Assembly (NCBI GenBank): GCA_031556355.1
Contig: JAVBTB010000027.1
Span: 1 to 24,000, forward strand
Source: Desulfovibrio sp.
GTDB taxonomy: Bacteria; Desulfobacterota; Desulfovibrionia; Desulfovibrionales; Desulfovibrionaceae
Direction of reading: 5' to 3'
DNA length: 24,000 bases
Position numbers and translations under genes: made by a program. This document shows, one piece after another, positions 1 to 10,719 of this stretch (its first letter is position 1; every line of letters begins with the position of its first letter). Below the pieces are notes generated by a model that worked only from the letters and a program-made list of their open reading frames with translations, was not told the DNA's origin and made no database searches.

Positions 1-17
1 GAAGATTTTCTGGGGGC

Positions 18-51
18 GGGGAAGGAAACTTTTGGAAAAGTTTCCTTCCCC
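18..51. repeat. Perfect 16+16 nt inverted repeat (ggggaaggaaactttt / aaaagtttccttcccc). Probably a hairpin terminating the gene upstream of the window.
   Basis: Read directly: arms 18-33 and 36-51 are exact reverse complements separated by gg. No clean T-run follows on the + strand. Confidence 0.6.
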
Positions 52-168
52 TCCCCCAAACCCCCTCCTCTTCCTTCAAAACTTTTTAGTTTGATTGACT
101 TTCAACGGGGCCGCTGTGTTCCGGCTTTGTGCCACCCCGGAGTCCGCACTAACGGCACTGGAAATTTC

Positions 169-1104
169 ATGCAGCCCACCTCCCTTCGTTCCCTTCTCTC
201 CCGTCTGGCCGCCCTGTTCACTGAAAAATGCGTGGATTCTCCGCGCCTGTCCGCGGAATTGCTGGTGGCGGAAGCCCTTGAATCGGAACGGGGGGAACTG
301 CTGAAGCGCCTTGTTCTCGCTCCGGAAGCGGCTGTGCCCCGGGAAGCCCTGCTCCGGGCTGAAGGCTTCGCCGCACGCCGCGCACAGGGGGAACCCGTGG
401 CCTATATATTGGGCCGCAAGGAGTTTTATGGGCGCGAGTTTTTGGTCACTCCGGCCACCCTCATCCCCCGCCCGGAAACGGAGTTGCTGGTCGAAGCCGC
501 TGTATTCCTTGCCAAAGAAAGCGGCATGCCCCAGAGGGGCTGCTTTGCCGACCTGGGCACCGGCTCCGGCTGTATAGCCATTACCCTTGCCCTCATGCTG
601 CGAAACTGGCGCGGAGTGGCGCTGGACAAAAGCGCGGCTGCCCTCGCCGTAGCGCGGGAAAACGCCCGCCGCCACAAGGCGGATGTCCGCATTGACTTCG
701 TCCGTACCGACTTTACCCTGTGGTATGCACGGCCCGCTTCGCTGCACCTTATTGCCGCCAACCCCCCCTATGTGAGCGAGGCGGAATACCGGGCAATCAG
801 CAGGGAAGTGCGCGATTTCGAACCCAAAACCGCCCTGGTTCCCGAAATGGCGGAACACCTGCCGGCAGGAACGCAGGGATTGGAAGAAAAACATGCGGAA
901 GAAGCCGACGGCCTCGAACACGCGGCGGCTATCATCCGCATAGCCGAGACCGCGCTCTGCCCCGGCGGCGCCCTGGGGATGGAAATAGGATATCTGCAAG
1001 GAGCCGCCCTGCTGGCCCTCCTCCGGAACGGTCCCTGGCGGGACGCGGAGTTGCGCAAAGATCTGGCCGGAATGGACAGGGTGCTCACGGTAAGGCGGCA
1101 GTAG
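169..1104 (+). CDS. prmC: Peptide chain release factor N5-glutamine methyltransferase (PrmC/HemK)
   Basis: NPPY catalytic motif (IAANPPYV), SAM-binding DLGTGSGCIA, and C-terminal DRV motif. The ATG at 169 is preferred to the track's TTG at 91 because the family-like N-terminus begins at MQPTSLRSLL. Confidence 0.88.
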   Translation: MQPTSLRSLLSRLAALFTEKCVDSPRLSAELLVAEALESERGELLKRLVLAPEAAVPREALLRAEGFAARRAQGEPVAYILGRKEFYGREFLVTPATLIPRPETELLVEAAVFLAKESGMPQRGCFADLGTGSGCIAITLALMLRNWRGVALDKSAAALAVARENARRHKADVRIDFVRTDFTLWYARPASLHLIAANPPYVSEAEYRAISREVRDFEPKTALVPEMAEHLPAGTQGLEEKHAEEADGLEHAAAIIRIAETALCPGGALGMEIGYLQGAALLALLRNGPWRDAELRKDLAGMDRVLTVRRQ

Positions 1105-1188
1105 CTTTTCCTTGGTTTTCGGACGCCGGGTGCGGGAAGTGCGAAAAAAACACAACTGCAAAAATACAACAGGCCCGCCCGCAAGCAC

Positions 1189-1218
1189 TTGGGGAAAATA
1201 TCTGCAATTTCATATAAA
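1189..1218 (+). promoter_or_regulatory. Candidate sigma-70-type promoter for lpxC (TTGGGG - 18 nt - TATAAA)
   Basis: Hexamers read at 1189-1194 and 1213-1218, about 60 nt upstream of the lpxC ATG in an A/T-rich patch. Pattern match only. Confidence 0.3.
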
Positions 1219-1278
1219 TACAACAACCTCCCTGCTGGAACGATTTTTGCTATCTCCGGCATACACCCCGGAGGGTTT

Positions 1279-2208
1279 ATGAACCAGACTACCATCAAGC
1301 AACGGATTCATTGTACGGGCATCGGTCTGCACAGTGGTAAAAAGGTCACACTGACCCTGCGTCCGGCTGCGGAAGATACAGGCATCCTTTTTCACGTAAC
1401 CACCGCCCATGGCAAAAAAGACATTGCCCCGGCTCCCGGCGCCGTGATCGCTACCGGTCTTGCCACCACCCTCGGCAAGGACGGAGCCGCCGTATCCACA
1501 GTGGAACATCTGCTCGCGGCCTTGCGCGGTCTCGGCATCGACAACATACATATAGATGTGGACGGGGGCGAAGTGCCTATTCTGGACGGCAGCGCCGCGC
1601 CTTTTGTCATGCTGCTCAGCGAAGCGGGCATTCACGTGCAGAGCAAGCCCCGCCGGGTTTACCGCATCAAGGCCCCGGTTTCCTTCGGCCACGACGGCAA
1701 GAGCATCAAGGCGGAGCCGTACAACGGTTTCCTGGTGGACTATACCATCACCTTTCCCCATCCCACCATCGGCACCCAGCGCAAAGTGCTGGATGTGACC
1801 CCCAGAACCTTTGCGGAAGTGGCCAAAGCGCGAACCTTCGGCTTTCTGCGCGATGTGGAAGCCTTGCAGTCGCGCGGCCTGGCCCTTGGCGGCAATCTGG
1901 ACAACGCGGTGGTGCTGGATGAGCGCGGCGTGGTGAACAAGGAAGGTCTGCGCTATGCCGACGAGTTCGTCCGCCACAAGCTGCTGGACTTTATCGGCGA
2001 CATGGCCATGCTGCCTCTGCCCTTGCAGGGCCGGTTCACGGTTTCCTGCTCCGGGCACGCCCTGAACAATGAATTTCTACGCCACATCATGGCTTCCCAG
2101 TCCCTGTATGTGGAAAAAACAACTCTCGGCTCCCTTGCGCCGGTACAGGCAAGCCCTGTACGCACGTACCCCGCAGACCGTCTGCATGTGCCTGCCCTGG
2201 CGGGTTAG
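1279..2208 (+). CDS. lpxC: UDP-3-O-acyl-N-acetylglucosamine deacetylase (LpxC)
   Basis: The N-terminus MNQTTIKQRIHCTGIGLHSGKKV and motifs STVEHLLAAL and HKLLDFIGD are LpxC hallmarks. GGAGGG RBS at 1270-1275 precedes the ATG at 1279. The track start at 1189 is an upstream extension. Confidence 0.93.
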   Translation: MNQTTIKQRIHCTGIGLHSGKKVTLTLRPAAEDTGILFHVTTAHGKKDIAPAPGAVIATGLATTLGKDGAAVSTVEHLLAALRGLGIDNIHIDVDGGEVPILDGSAAPFVMLLSEAGIHVQSKPRRVYRIKAPVSFGHDGKSIKAEPYNGFLVDYTITFPHPTIGTQRKVLDVTPRTFAEVAKARTFGFLRDVEALQSRGLALGGNLDNAVVLDERGVVNKEGLRYADEFVRHKLLDFIGDMAMLPLPLQGRFTVSCSGHALNNEFLRHIMASQSLYVEKTTLGSLAPVQASPVRTYPADRLHVPALAG

Positions 2209-2252
2209 CCTGGCGACACCAACCGGCTCGCAAAAGAAGGAAGGGAGGAAGG

Positions 2253-2280
2253 AAAGGCGCCGAAAGGCGCTTTTCATTTT
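2253..2280 (+). terminator. Intrinsic terminator after lpxC
   Basis: The stem aaaggcgcc/ggcgctttt has one G-U pair and a GAAA tetraloop, and runs into ttttcatttt. Confidence 0.7.
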
Positions 2281-2313
2281 GTCTTAGGGTGTTAGCCAGT
2301 TGAGGAAACGTAG

Positions 2314-2364
2314 CGACCGAAACAAGGAACCACCCGCTCTGCGGGTGGTTCCTTGTTTCGGTCG
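2314..2364. repeat. Perfect 24-bp-stem hairpin (cgaccgaaacaaggaaccacccgc tct gcgggtggttccttgtttcggtcg)
   Basis: Arms 2314-2337 and 2341-2364 are exact reverse complements with a 3-nt loop. Single copy in the window, with no T-run after it. Confidence 0.8.
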
Positions 2365-2548
2365 GCAGGACTGCATGCGAAAGCAGGAAAGATTCTGCCA
2401 GGTAACCTTGCCGGTATTCTAACCCCCTTTACAAAACGCCGGCGGTCCTTCATACTGCCCCCTGCCGCCGGGAACCGGCCCGGCCGGCAGAGGGGCAGAC
2501 CGGCTGAAGATTTTTTGCCACTTTCTGCAAAATCCGGGCAATTTTTAC

Positions 2549-2577
2549 TTGCCTTTTGCGCGAAGTGAACGTATTAG
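2549..2577 (+). promoter_or_regulatory. Candidate promoter of the tRNA-tuf operon (TTGCCT - 17 nt - TATTAG)
   Basis: The -35 is at 2549-2554 and the -10 at 2572-2577, 12 nt before the first tRNA. An A/T-rich UP-like stretch lies upstream. Pattern match only. Confidence 0.4.
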
Positions 2578-2589
2578 CTCTTCTTCATT

Positions 2590-2665
2590 GCTGGCGTAGC
2601 TCAACTGGCAGAGCAGCTGATTTGTAATCAGCAGGTTGCGGGTTCGAGTCCCATCGCCAGCTCCA
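2590..2665 (+). tRNA. tRNA-Thr (anticodon UGU), CCA encoded
   Basis: Hand-folded cloverleaf: acceptor gctggcg/cgccagc, anticodon loop tt-TGT-aa, T-loop ttcgagt. There is one C-A mismatch in the T stem. Confidence 0.88.
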
Positions 2666-2669
2666 GAGT

Positions 2670-2754
2670 GGTGGGGTTCCCGAGTGGCCAAAGGGAACAG
2701 ACTGTAAATCTGTCGTCGTCGACTTCGGTGGTTCAAATCCACCCCCCACCACCA
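2670..2754 (+). tRNA. tRNA-Tyr (anticodon GUA), long variable arm, CCA encoded
   Basis: Acceptor ggtgggg/ccccacc, anticodon loop ct-GTA-aa, 85 nt with a class II variable arm. Close to the E. coli tRNA-Tyr sequence as I recall it. Confidence 0.92.
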
Positions 2755-2813
2755 GTATTTGCGACTAAGGCTGTAGGAGACAGGATGGCCTGTCGGGGAA
2801 CTACGGCGAGTGC

Positions 2814-2889
2814 GCGGGAATAGCTCAATGGCTAGAGCATCAGCCTTCCAAGCTGAGGGTTGCGAGTTCGAGTCTCGTTTCCCGCTCCA
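2814..2889 (+). tRNA. tRNA-Gly (anticodon UCC), CCA encoded
   Basis: Acceptor gcgggaa/ttcccgc, anticodon loop ct-TCC-aa, T-loop ttcgagt. Confidence 0.92.
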
Positions 2890-2935
2890 ACTAGCGCCCT
2901 TCGTTCCTCCCCAACAGCATAAGTGTAGCGGAAAA

Positions 2936-3011
2936 GCCCACGTAGCTCAGTCGGCAGAGCGCGTCCTTGGTAAGGACGAGGTCAGCAGTTCAATCCTGCT
3001 CGTGGGCTCCA
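2936..3011 (+). tRNA. tRNA-Thr (anticodon GGU), CCA encoded
   Basis: Acceptor gcccacg/cgtgggc, anticodon loop tt-GGT-aa, T-loop ttcaatc. Confidence 0.92.
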
Positions 3012-3065
3012 TCATCCTCGCACAATCAATAGAAGTTACCACAAAAGCCAGTTAGGGAGACGACC

Positions 3066-4259
<1,194 letters not shown>

Positions 4260-4262
4260 ATC

Positions 4263-4412
4263 ATGCGCATCAATATTCTGCTCGCCTGCACCGAGTGCAA
4301 ACGGCGTAACTACGCCACGAGCAAAAATAAAAAGACCACTACCGGTCGCCTTGAACTGAAAAAGTATTGTCCCTGGGACAAGAAAATGACGGTTCACCGC
4401 GAAACCAAGTAG
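4263..4412 (+). CDS. rpmG: 50S ribosomal protein L33 (49 aa, below the ORF-track length cut-off)
   Basis: Own translation: [49 protein letters not shown]. It starts 3 nt after the tuf stop, with GGAG 6 nt upstream. It sits in the canonical tuf-rpmG-tRNATrp-secE position. Confidence 0.9.
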   Translation: MRINILLACTECKRRNYATSKNKKTTTGRLELKKYCPWDKKMTVHRETK

Positions 4413-4423
4413 TAGAACAGCAC

Positions 4424-4500
4424 AGGGCAGTAGCTCTAACGGCTAGAGCGGCGGTCTCCAAAACCGCAAGTTGGGGGTTCGAATCCCTCCTGCCCTGCCA
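4424..4500 (+). tRNA. tRNA-Trp (anticodon CCA), CCA end encoded
   Basis: Acceptor agggcag/ctgccct, anticodon loop ct-CCA-aa, T arm ggggg-ttcgaat-ccctc. Confidence 0.92.
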
Positions 4501-4516
4501 TAGCAGCCTTTACCGT

Positions 4517-4548
4517 TGCTGCGGCAAGGGTATTCCCTTGCCGCAGCA
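4517..4548 (+). terminator. Perfect 14-bp hairpin after tRNA-Trp (possible terminator or processing site)
   Basis: tgctgcggcaaggg tatt cccttgccgcagca has exact complementarity. It is followed by ttccttc, a weak U tract. Confidence 0.5.
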
Positions 4549-4713
4549 TTCCTTCAAAGCTGTTTTGCCGCGGTACACTCCATGTTTTCAGAACAGCGGC
4601 GGGCGAAAGACTCGCCGGGATATGTCCGCCGTGGTTGAGCAGCCCGTAGAGCATTCGCGCGGTTACGTAAAGGCAGTGCCTGTATAGCCATCGCTAGATG
4701 ATAAGGTGCAAAA

Positions 4714-5001
4714 ATGGGCATCAAGCAGAACAAGCAAGACAAGGCACCGGCAGCCGGTAAGGGGCAGTCGGGCGCGGCAGCAGCCGCCACAGCCAAAACC
4801 CCTTCCAAGATACAGGCCTTCGGGCAATACTTTGAAGACGCGAAGACCGAGCTCGGCAAAGTTTCGTGGCCGACCCGGAAAGAGGTAAAGGCGACGTCTC
4901 TCGCGGTTCTCGCTCTTGTGGTGATCATGTCTCTTTTCCTTGGCGTCGTGGACATTATCCTCGCCAAGATTGTGGAACTTATTCTCTCCATAGGAATCTG
5001 A
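4714..5001 (+). CDS. secE: Preprotein translocase subunit SecE
   Basis: Conserved ELGKVSWPTRKEV motif followed by a single C-terminal TM helix. Canonical position before nusG. Confidence 0.9.
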   Translation: MGIKQNKQDKAPAAGKGQSGAAAAATAKTPSKIQAFGQYFEDAKTELGKVSWPTRKEVKATSLAVLALVVIMSLFLGVVDIILAKIVELILSIGI

Positions 5002-5002
5002 C

Positions 5003-5557
5003 ATGACCGAAGACACCCAGGCAAAACCCAAGGCGCGTTGGTACATAGTACACACGTATTCGGGCTTTGAGAACCGCGTGGAGCAGACCATACGGGAAAT
5101 GATGCGCACCGAACAGGACCAGGGGCTGATTGAAGAAATCATCATTCCCACGGAAAAGGTCATTGAACTGGTGCGTGGAGAAAAAAAGACCTTTACCCGC
5201 AAGTTTTATCCCGGCTATGTCATGCTGCGCATGATCATGACCGATTTTTCCTGGCACCTTGTCCAGTCTATTCCCAAGGTTACCGGGTTTGTGGGCGGCA
5301 AAAACCGTCCCACCCCCATGCGCGACAGCGAAGCGGAACGCATCCTCTCTCTTATGGAGTCCCGCCAGGAGCAGCCCAGGCCCAAGTTCAACTTTGAGCG
5401 GGGCGACGAAGTGCGCGTTATAGACGGCCCCTTCGGCGGCTTTAACGGCGTGGTGGAAGATGTGAACTATGACAAGGGCAAGCTGCGTGTCTCCGTCTCC
5501 ATTTTCGGCAGACAAACCCCTGTGGAACTGGACTTTGTCCAGGTATCCAAGGGCTAA
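5003..5557 (+). CDS. nusG: Transcription termination/antitermination factor NusG
   Basis: RWYIVHTYSGFENRV NGN domain and C-terminal KOW (GDEVRVIDGPFGGFNGVVEDV). Starts 1 nt after the secE stop. Confidence 0.96.
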   Translation: MTEDTQAKPKARWYIVHTYSGFENRVEQTIREMMRTEQDQGLIEEIIIPTEKVIELVRGEKKTFTRKFYPGYVMLRMIMTDFSWHLVQSIPKVTGFVGGKNRPTPMRDSEAERILSLMESRQEQPRPKFNFERGDEVRVIDGPFGGFNGVVEDVNYDKGKLRVSVSIFGRQTPVELDFVQVSKG

Positions 5558-5618
5558 CAATACGTAAAGCAGGCGCTCCACCACGGCGGGCGCAGGTTCC
5601 GGACAAAGGAAGACTGAT

Positions 5619-6041
5619 ATGGCCAAGAAAGAAGTCGCAAAAATCAAGCTGCAAATCCCGGGCGGGGTGGCCAACCCCTCGCCTCCCGTCGGTCCGGCCC
5701 TCGGCCAGCACGGGCTGAATATTATGGAATTCTGCAAGGCGTTCAATGCCAAGACCGCCGACCAGAAGGGCATGGTCATCCCCGTGGTGATCACGGTTTA
5801 CCATGACCGTTCCTTTTCGTTCATCACCAAGACCCCGCCCGCTGCCGTGCTGCTGATGAAGAGCGCGAAGCTCGAAAAAGGGTCCGGCGAGCCGAACAGA
5901 AACAAGGTCGGCGTTATCAGCATGCAGCAGGTCGAAGAAATCGCGGCCCTCAAGATGCCCGACCTGACGGCCAAAGACATGGAAGCCGCAAAACGTTCCA
6001 TACTCGGCACCGCCCGCAGCATGGGACTTGAGGTAAAGTAG
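5619..6041 (+). CDS. rplK: 50S ribosomal protein L11
   Basis: [24 protein letters not shown] is the L11 signature. 140 aa. Confidence 0.97.
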   Translation: MAKKEVAKIKLQIPGGVANPSPPVGPALGQHGLNIMEFCKAFNAKTADQKGMVIPVVITVYHDRSFSFITKTPPAAVLLMKSAKLEKGSGEPNRNKVGVISMQQVEEIAALKMPDLTAKDMEAAKRSILGTARSMGLEVK

Positions 6042-6130
6042 CGTTTAATCAACTGTACTGCCGCGCGCACGCTGCTACGTTTGCGCACCTTGCGGCAGGA
6101 GATGCGAACGATCAAGGATAAAGGTACACC

Positions 6131-6844
6131 ATGCCGAAACATGGAAAAAAATTCCGCAAAGCCCTCGAAGGCGTTGATTTGCAGGAAAAATACAGCATAG
6201 AGGATGCTGTCGCCAAGTCGCTTGGCGCAGCTTTTGCCAAGTTTGACGAAACTGTGGACGTGGCCGTCGGGCTTGGCGTTGACCCCAAGTATTCCGACCA
6301 GATGGTGCGCGGCGCCTGCGCGCTGCCCCACGGCCTGGGCAAGACAGTGCGTGTGGCCGTGTTCTGTAAGGGTGACAAGGAAGCCGAAGCCAAGGCCGCC
6401 GGCGCCGACATCACCGGTGCGGAAGATCTGGTGGCCAAGGTCAAGGAAGGTTTTCTTGACTTCGACTCCGCCATTGCCACCCCTGACGTCATGGCCCTGG
6501 TGGGCCAGATCGGCCGGGTGCTCGGCCCTCGCGGCCTGATGCCCAACGCCAAAACCGGCACCGTTACCTTTGACGTCGCCTCCGCCGTCAAGGAAGTAAA
6601 GGCGGGACGCGTCGAGTTCAAGGTTGATAAGGCCGGGGTGCTGCATGCCCCCCTGGGCAAGGTGTCCTTTGGTCCGGAAAAAATTCTGGACAACCTGCGC
6701 GCGCTGCTTACCGAGGTGAACCGCCTCAAGCCTTCCGCCGCCAAAGGCGCGTACATGAAGGCCATGGCTGTTTCCACCACCATGGGACCGGGCATTAAAG
6801 TCGACCCCGCGGGAATCCGCAAATTTCTCGAAGGGCAGGGATAA
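6131..6844 (+). CDS. rplA: 50S ribosomal protein L1
   Basis: [15 protein letters not shown] and [15 protein letters not shown] motifs. 237 aa. Confidence 0.97.
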   Translation: MPKHGKKFRKALEGVDLQEKYSIEDAVAKSLGAAFAKFDETVDVAVGLGVDPKYSDQMVRGACALPHGLGKTVRVAVFCKGDKEAEAKAAGADITGAEDLVAKVKEGFLDFDSAIATPDVMALVGQIGRVLGPRGLMPNAKTGTVTFDVASAVKEVKAGRVEFKVDKAGVLHAPLGKVSFGPEKILDNLRALLTEVNRLKPSAAKGAYMKAMAVSTTMGPGIKVDPAGIRKFLEGQG

Positions 6845-7055
6845 GCCGCCCGGCATAGCAGGCGGAACGTTTCCCGGAAGGAGGCGTGACCCCCTTCCCC
6901 TTTGACGGGCGGATGCCATACGCCCTTGGCTAGAGGACAGGAAATTCGAGTCATAGACAGCGGGCAGGCGCGGAAAACACTGCGCTGCAAGTCCCGCCGA
7001 GACTATTCTTTGGCTTGTATTTCCACCAGGCACAAGACAACTCCAGGAGAGTCGC
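6845..7055 (+). promoter_or_regulatory. rplJ 5' leader (candidate L10(L12)4 autoregulatory leader)
   Basis: A 211-nt untranslated, hairpin-rich gap between rplA and rplJ, at the position of the known L10 leader in other bacteria. The structure was not verified by a covariance model. Confidence 0.35.
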
Positions 7056-7574
7056 GTGAACAGACAAGGAAAAGCCGCGCTTATTGAGAAGATCAAGGCA
7101 GCCGCCGAGAATGCTTCCATAGCGGTAATCGCCGACTTCAAGGGTATGCCGGTGGAAGAGATGACCCGACTGCGGGTGAAGATTCGCGAAAGCGGCGGTG
7201 AGCTGCTGGTTGTGAAAAACACCCTGGCGCGTATTGCCCTGACGGGCGGCGCGCACGACGTCATCAAAGATACCTTCCGCGAAAACTGCGCTATTGCCCT
7301 TGGGGGCAAAGATCCTGTGGCCCTTACAAAAGCGGTTACGGACTTTGCCAAGGCCAGCAAGAAGATGGAGGTGCGCCACGGGAGCCTGGACGGTAAATTC
7401 CTGAGCGCCGAACAGCTTGACGTACTCGCCAAGCTGCCCGGCAGGAATGAACTGCTTGCCCAGACCCTCGGCACCCTCAACGCGGTGCCCACGGGCTTCG
7501 TATCCCTGCTCGCCAACACCATTCGTGGAATGCTCTATGCCCTTAAGGCCATAGAGGAAAAAAAGGCCGCCTAG
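7056..7574 (+). CDS. rplJ: 50S ribosomal protein L10
   Basis: GTG start with AGGAGA RBS at 7044-7049. L10-like sequence ([17 protein letters not shown]). 172 aa. Confidence 0.95.
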   Translation: MNRQGKAALIEKIKAAAENASIAVIADFKGMPVEEMTRLRVKIRESGGELLVVKNTLARIALTGGAHDVIKDTFRENCAIALGGKDPVALTKAVTDFAKASKKMEVRHGSLDGKFLSAEQLDVLAKLPGRNELLAQTLGTLNAVPTGFVSLLANTIRGMLYALKAIEEKKAA

Positions 7575-7620
7575 GCGTGCCCAACCACACAAGTCAGAGA
7601 ACCTTTTAAGGAGAATACTC

Positions 7621-8001
7621 ATGTCCGTTACCAAAGAACAAGTTGTCGACTTTATTGCCAACATGACCGTGCTGGAACTTTCTGAATTCATCAAAGAACT
7701 GGAAGAAAAGTTCGGCGTGTCCGCCGCTGCTCCCGCCGCCGCCATGGTGGCCATGCCCGCCGCCGCTGCCGCTCCCGCGGAAGAAGAAAAGACGGAATTC
7801 GACGTGCACCTGAAGGCCGCCGGCGCGAACAAGATCGGCGTCATCAAGGTCGTGCGCGCCCTGACCGGCCTTGGGCTGAAGGAAGCCAAGGACAAGGTCG
7901 ACGGCGCTCCTTCCGTCATTCTGGAAGCCGTGGCCAAGGACAAGGCCGAAGACGCCAAGAAGCAACTGCTGGAAGCCGGTGCTGAAGTTGAAGTGAAGTA
8001 A
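7621..8001 (+). CDS. rplL: 50S ribosomal protein L7/L12
   Basis: N-terminal dimerisation helix, Ala/Pro hinge, and C-terminal domain [15 protein letters not shown]...EAGAEVEVK. Confidence 0.97.
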   Translation: MSVTKEQVVDFIANMTVLELSEFIKELEEKFGVSAAAPAAAMVAMPAAAAAPAEEEKTEFDVHLKAAGANKIGVIKVVRALTGLGLKEAKDKVDGAPSVILEAVAKDKAEDAKKQLLEAGAEVEVK

Positions 8002-8022
8002 GGCGGCTACAGCCTGTTTTCA

Positions 8023-8059
8023 AAAAGCGCGGCGGGCGACTGCCGCGCTTTTGCTTTTG
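8023..8059 (+). terminator. Canonical intrinsic terminator after rplL
   Basis: The aaaaa tract, stem agcgcggc/gccgcgct, an 8-nt loop, then ttttgctttt. Confidence 0.8.
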
Positions 8060-8152
8060 CAAAGGCCCCTTTCCGGTTCGGCGTGGCTGCGGCCGGGCGC
8101 ATATTCCACGGCCCGCATACGCCTTCTCTTGCTTCCCGCCCGCTGAAGGCGT

Positions 8153-9124
8153 ATGCACAACTCAATGCTTCCCCGCGCCCTGCTCAAGGACATGCCTCCT
8201 ATGAAAACCTTTTCCTCCTTTCATCCAGGCCCTGCACTCAAGGGAGCCCTCTTTGTCCTGGCCGGGGCGTTTGCCATCAGCTTTTCGCCCCTGTTCATCA
8301 AGATGGACGATACCGGACCCAGCGCGGTGGCCTTTTACCGGCTGTTCTGGGGCGGGCTGGCCCTCACCCTGACGGCGATCTTGCGGGGCGAGCGCATCAT
8401 TCCCGGCGCGGCCATGTTCCGGACCATGGCGCTTGCGGCCCTCTTTTTCAGCGGCGACCTCATCTACTGGCATTTTTCCATTCTTCGCGTGGGACCGGGG
8501 CTGGCGACCATTCTTTCCAACTTCCAGGTCTTCTTTCTCGCCATTTTCGGCGTGCTCTACTTCAAGGAGCGCATCACCTGGAAGCTTGCCGTCTCCATTC
8601 CCCTGGCGCTGGCCGGGCTGTGGCTGCTTCTGGACGTCGATCTGCGCCACCTGCCTCGCGAAGTGGCAATAGGCATTCTCTTCGGCCTGCTGTCCGCGCT
8701 GTTCTATACCGGCTACATTCTCGCCCTGCGCCGTTCCCAGTCGGCCTCAGACCAGGGCCGCCTTTCCGCCGTCGCCAACATGGGCATCATCTCCCTTGTG
8801 GGCGCGGTCTTTGTGGGTATAGCCACCGTGGCCCAGGGGGAACAGCTGATCGTCACCAACCCGGCCAGCCAGCTTATTCTGCTGACCTACGGCATAGGCT
8901 GCCAGAGCATCGGCTGGCTCCTGCTCTCCAAGGGGCTGCCGCTTCTGCCCGCGTCTCGCGCGGGGCTGCTCATGCTCACCCAGCCCGCCCTCTCCTTTGT
9001 CTGGGATGTGCTTCTCTTTGACCGGCCCACCAGTTTTCTGGGATATTGTGGCGCCGCCGGGGCATTGCTGGCCATTTCCCTGGGCGTGCTCGACTCCTCG
9101 GCGTCCAAAACAAAGCAGAACTGA
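8153..9124 (+). CDS. DMT-superfamily transporter (EamA family, two EamA repeats)
   Basis: About 10 predicted hydrophobic helices and EamA-like repeats (FSPLFIK..., YRLFWGGL...). The start is uncertain, with in-frame ATGs at 8153, 8165, 8192 and 8201. An 11-bp inverted repeat (8115-8125 / 8146-8156) overlaps the first ATG. Confidence 0.8.
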   Translation: MHNSMLPRALLKDMPPMKTFSSFHPGPALKGALFVLAGAFAISFSPLFIKMDDTGPSAVAFYRLFWGGLALTLTAILRGERIIPGAAMFRTMALAALFFSGDLIYWHFSILRVGPGLATILSNFQVFFLAIFGVLYFKERITWKLAVSIPLALAGLWLLLDVDLRHLPREVAIGILFGLLSALFYTGYILALRRSQSASDQGRLSAVANMGIISLVGAVFVGIATVAQGEQLIVTNPASQLILLTYGIGCQSIGWLLLSKGLPLLPASRAGLLMLTQPALSFVWDVLLFDRPTSFLGYCGAAGALLAISLGVLDSSASKTKQN

Positions 9125-9472
9125 GCCGCACCATTCATCCGGCACGGCCGGTCTTAAACGTATCGCAAGCACCCGACGGATCGGCATGGCGAAAAGGTCT
9201 CAGTCCGCCTGCCTTTTTCGCAATTCAGAGCAAATGTATCCGCTTAAAAAGTGACTCATTACTTCTCTCGCAATTTAATTACCTATATTTATAGACCGAC
9301 ATGGCATCCTCTCTTGCGTTGAAGGACATTTTACGTCAATGTGCAGTTGTCCGCAGTGTAAACTTTTACCTCTGCGCTCTTCCACGCTTTTCGGCCGCAG
9401 CGCACAGGACACTGTATCCGCTTTTCCGCCGGATTCGCCCGCCGCAACCCTTATCTGTGTTTCGGAGCACAC

Positions 9473-10585
<1,113 letters not shown>

Positions 10586-10719
10586 CGGCGCACCCTCCCG
10601 CTCCCCGGAGGACTGAGCGCGACGGAGTGCCCCCACCCGGGAACAACAAACTCCCAATAAACGGAGCGGCTGCACAGATGCTGTTCTCTGCACGCCCGCT
10701 TGCCCTCTTGAGGTGAACC

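Noticed and set aside
91-168. N-terminal extensions given by the ORF track: prmC at 91, lpxC at 1189, permease at 13357, Crp/Fnr at 15668, DUF3179 at 15750, Pro-rich at 17373, PHP at 20149, yfcE at 20482, eamA at 23034.
   Set aside because: In each case an internal ATG preceded by a Shine-Dalgarno-like sequence gives the family-typical N-terminus and removes overlaps with neighbouring genes or hairpins.
2314-2364. A possible CRISPR repeat because of the GAAAC/GTTTC-containing palindrome.
   Set aside because: It is a single copy, with no spacer-repeat periodicity and no cas genes in the window.
9302-9318. TGGCAT-cctctc-TTGCG, a sigma-54-like element upstream of the aminotransferase.
   Set aside because: The GG to GC spacing is 11 nt rather than the invariant 10.
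9357-9370. TGTAAACTTTTACC, a LacI-operator-like palindrome upstream of the aminotransferase.
   Set aside because: Only 10 of 14 positions are symmetric, and it lacks the central CpG step characteristic of LacI-family operators.
9456-9471. TGTGT-N6-GCACA, a CRP-like palindrome overlapping the aminotransferase RBS.
   Set aside because: Only the TGTG/CACA cores match. By my rough estimate about 0.4 such sites are expected by chance in the window. The position on the RBS is atypical for an activator site.
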